Source of the DNA: Candidatus Uhrbacteria bacterium
GTDB taxonomy: Bacteria; Patescibacteriota; Patescibacteriia; UBA9934; GWF2-40-263
DNA length: 64,000 nt
Reading direction: 5' to 3'
Assembly: GCA_016844925.1 (NCBI GenBank)
Contig: JAERTI010000055.1
Span: 65,459 to 129,458, forward strand
Both the position numbers and the translations under genes were made by a program. Position 1 is the stretch's first letter. The number at the start of each line of letters is the position of its first letter. The notes under the pieces are model-generated. The model saw only the letters and a list, made by a program, of their open reading frames with translations. It was not told the DNA's origin and searched no databases. Shown here piece by piece: positions 62,254-64,000 of this stretch.

Positions 62254-63999
62254 TTACTCCAAATGAACCTTATCAAAACTCTTCTCTACCCTCTCCTTCA
62301 CTAATGGATGTTTTTCTAAATCTGAATCTACTTCCAGAAGCTCTGCGGCCCTATCGCGGGCTTTTTTCATTATATCGACGTCAGCTGGGGTGGCGAGGGT
62401 GAAGTCTGGGAAGCCGGACTGGGCGTTGCCGAAGACGTTTCCTGGGCCTCGTAGTAGCAAGTCCTTCTCGGCAAGCTCAAAGCCGTTCGTGCTCTCAACC
62501 ATCGCCTGCAACCGTGCCTCACTATTCTCAGAAAGACTGTCTGGTAACAGATAGCAGTAGGACTGAATGTCAGATCGACCCACGCGACCCCTTAGCTGAT
62601 GCAGCTGCGCGAGACCGAAACGCTCGGCGCCGACGATGACCATGACCGTTGCGCCGGGGATGTCTACTCCTACCTCGATCACCGTTGTAGAGACCAGGAC
62701 GTCTATCTTTCCTGCGCGGAACTTCTCAATAGTCTTTTCTTTTTCGTCTGGTTTTAACCTGCCATGAAGTGTCTCAATCTTGAGGCCCTTGAGGGCTCCC
62801 CCTGAGAGCTCCTTGGCCACCTCGCTGACAGACTTAGCACCAAGCTTGTCAGACGGGTCGATGAGCGGGCAGACCACGAATGTCTGCTGGCCCTGCTCGA
62901 TGAGCCCGCGAACATGGCCCCACATCCCCTCTTGCTGTGGCTGTGGTACCAAAGCTGTCGCAACCGGCAAGCGACCCGGCGGCATCTGGTCGAGTACGGA
63001 AAGATCGAGGTCGCCGTAGATCGACAGCGCGAGTGAGCGTGGGATAGGTGTAGCGGTCATGGAGAGCAGGTGCGGCGCTGGACCGTCGCCTGTGTCGAGG
63101 AGTGCGTGGCGCTGCTCTACGCCAAAGCGGTGCTGCTCGTCGACAACAATAAGGCCAACATTGGGAATCGAGATGCGGTCCTGAAGGAGCGCGTGTGTAC
63201 CAACAATAATCTGCGGCGTCTCGACGTTGCTCGACGAATATTCAAAGAGACTCTTATCAACATCCTGATCCCCAACTTTCGACATCGTTCGTGTTAGCAA
63301 ACCCACTGGCTCATCCAGGAATACTGAGAGGGCTGCGTGTTGTTGGGCAGCGAGAATCTCGGTCGGAGCCAGATACACAGCGTTGTACCCAGCCGCATTC
63401 ACACTCTTAATCGCTGCGGCAGCGACAACAGATTTTCCTGCTCCCACATCTCCTTCAAGCAAACGGTTCATAGGGTGAGGCTTATCTAGATCCTGCACAA
63501 TCTCCCAAACAGCTTTACGCTGGGCGCCCGTAAGCTCAAACGGCAGGCCGCTGACAAACGTCTTGAGCAAATCCTCATCAAGAGGGATCGGATGTGCCTT
63601 GGCGAGCGTTCTATCAGAGCGCACGCGGGCGAACATCATCTGGTGTAAGAAAAGCTCGTCAAACTTGAGTCGAACAATCGCGCGATCTAGTTCTTCTCGA
63701 GACTCAGGAAAGTGCACCCCCTTGAGGGCCTCTGTTAATCCAAGCATGGACTCTTTCTCAAGAATCTCCGCTGGCATCCAGTCCACCATCTCTTCTGCCG
63801 CAGGGAGCGCGGCACGAATAGCGTCACGCAAGCGTCGCATCGTGATCGATCCTGTCAGACCGTACACCGGCACAATGCGGCCGGTGTGCGTTGATGTGCT
63901 TCCCTTCTCGATGATTGGGTTCACCATGGAGAGGCCGTAGCGATCACTAATCCGGCCAGCGAGCGAAAGCTTGGCTCCGGGCCTGAGCGTCTTCTCAAG
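62254..63999 (-). CDS. recG: ATP-dependent DNA helicase RecG (5' part outside the window)
   Basis: GDVGAGKS, DEQHRFG, MTATPIPR and QLRGRVGR motifs; frame open to the window edge. Confidence 0.96.
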   Translation of the reverse strand, partial: LEKTLRPGAKLSLAGRISDRYGLSMVNPIIEKGSTSTHTGRIVPVYGLTGSITMRRLRDAIRAALPAAEEMVDWMPAEILEKESMLGLTEALKGVHFPESREELDRAIVRLKFDELFLHQMMFARVRSDRTLAKAHPIPLDEDLLKTFVSGLPFELTGAQRKAVWEIVQDLDKPHPMNRLLEGDVGAGKSVVAAAAIKSVNAAGYNAVYLAPTEILAAQQHAALSVFLDEPVGLLTRTMSKVGDQDVDKSLFEYSSSNVETPQIIVGTHALLQDRISIPNVGLIVVDEQHRFGVEQRHALLDTGDGPAPHLLSMTATPIPRSLALSIYGDLDLSVLDQMPPGRLPVATALVPQPQQEGMWGHVRGLIEQGQQTFVVCPLIDPSDKLGAKSVSEVAKELSGGALKGLKIETLHGRLKPDEKEKTIEKFRAGKIDVLVSTTVIEVGVDIPGATVMVIVGAERFGLAQLHQLRGRVGRSDIQSYCYLLPDSLSENSEARLQAMVESTNGFELAEKDLLLRGPGNVFGNAQSGFPDFTLATPADVDIMKKARDRAAELLEVDSDLEKHPLVKERVEKSFDKVHLE

Positions 64000-64000
64000 A

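Overview
This window is bacterial chromosome, most likely a Patescibacteria/CPR parasite. That is an inference from the reduced housekeeping set, pilin-peptidase fusions, DUF3048, a baseplate-J-like gene and core genes that mostly lack Shine-Dalgarno (SD) motifs. Core genes include prmC, rplY, rodA, gyrB, secE-nusG-rplK-rplA, dcd, folA/thyA/tmk, gatB, miaA/miaB, thrS, dnaE, pheST, rseP, tyrS, a phosphohexomutase, lemA-htpX, clpC, radA and recG. They are interleaved with about ten stand-alone high-GC orphan gene cassettes, most with a sigma70-type promoter, a strong SD and a terminator. The main find is at 9441-12655. A 540-aa IS110/Nop-family (TIGR-Tas-like) protein with a degenerate RuvC active site sits among three arrays totalling 17 stem-loop units. 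Each unit carries two ~10-nt variable guides framed by CG...TG inside a covarying stem. Joining guide A to the reverse complement of guide B repeatedly rebuilds SD/start-codon regions, suggesting a nuclease-dead RNA-guided DNA-binding regulator aimed at gene starts. Other items are a >=880-nt structured non-coding region at the left edge, a ThyA with Asp at the Asn177 specificity position (possible dCMP methylase), a deaminase-DNPH1/NDT fusion, an orphan cobalamin riboswitch facing antisense into a transporter, a Thr T-box and an L1 leader. All calls were made by eye; no database searches were run.
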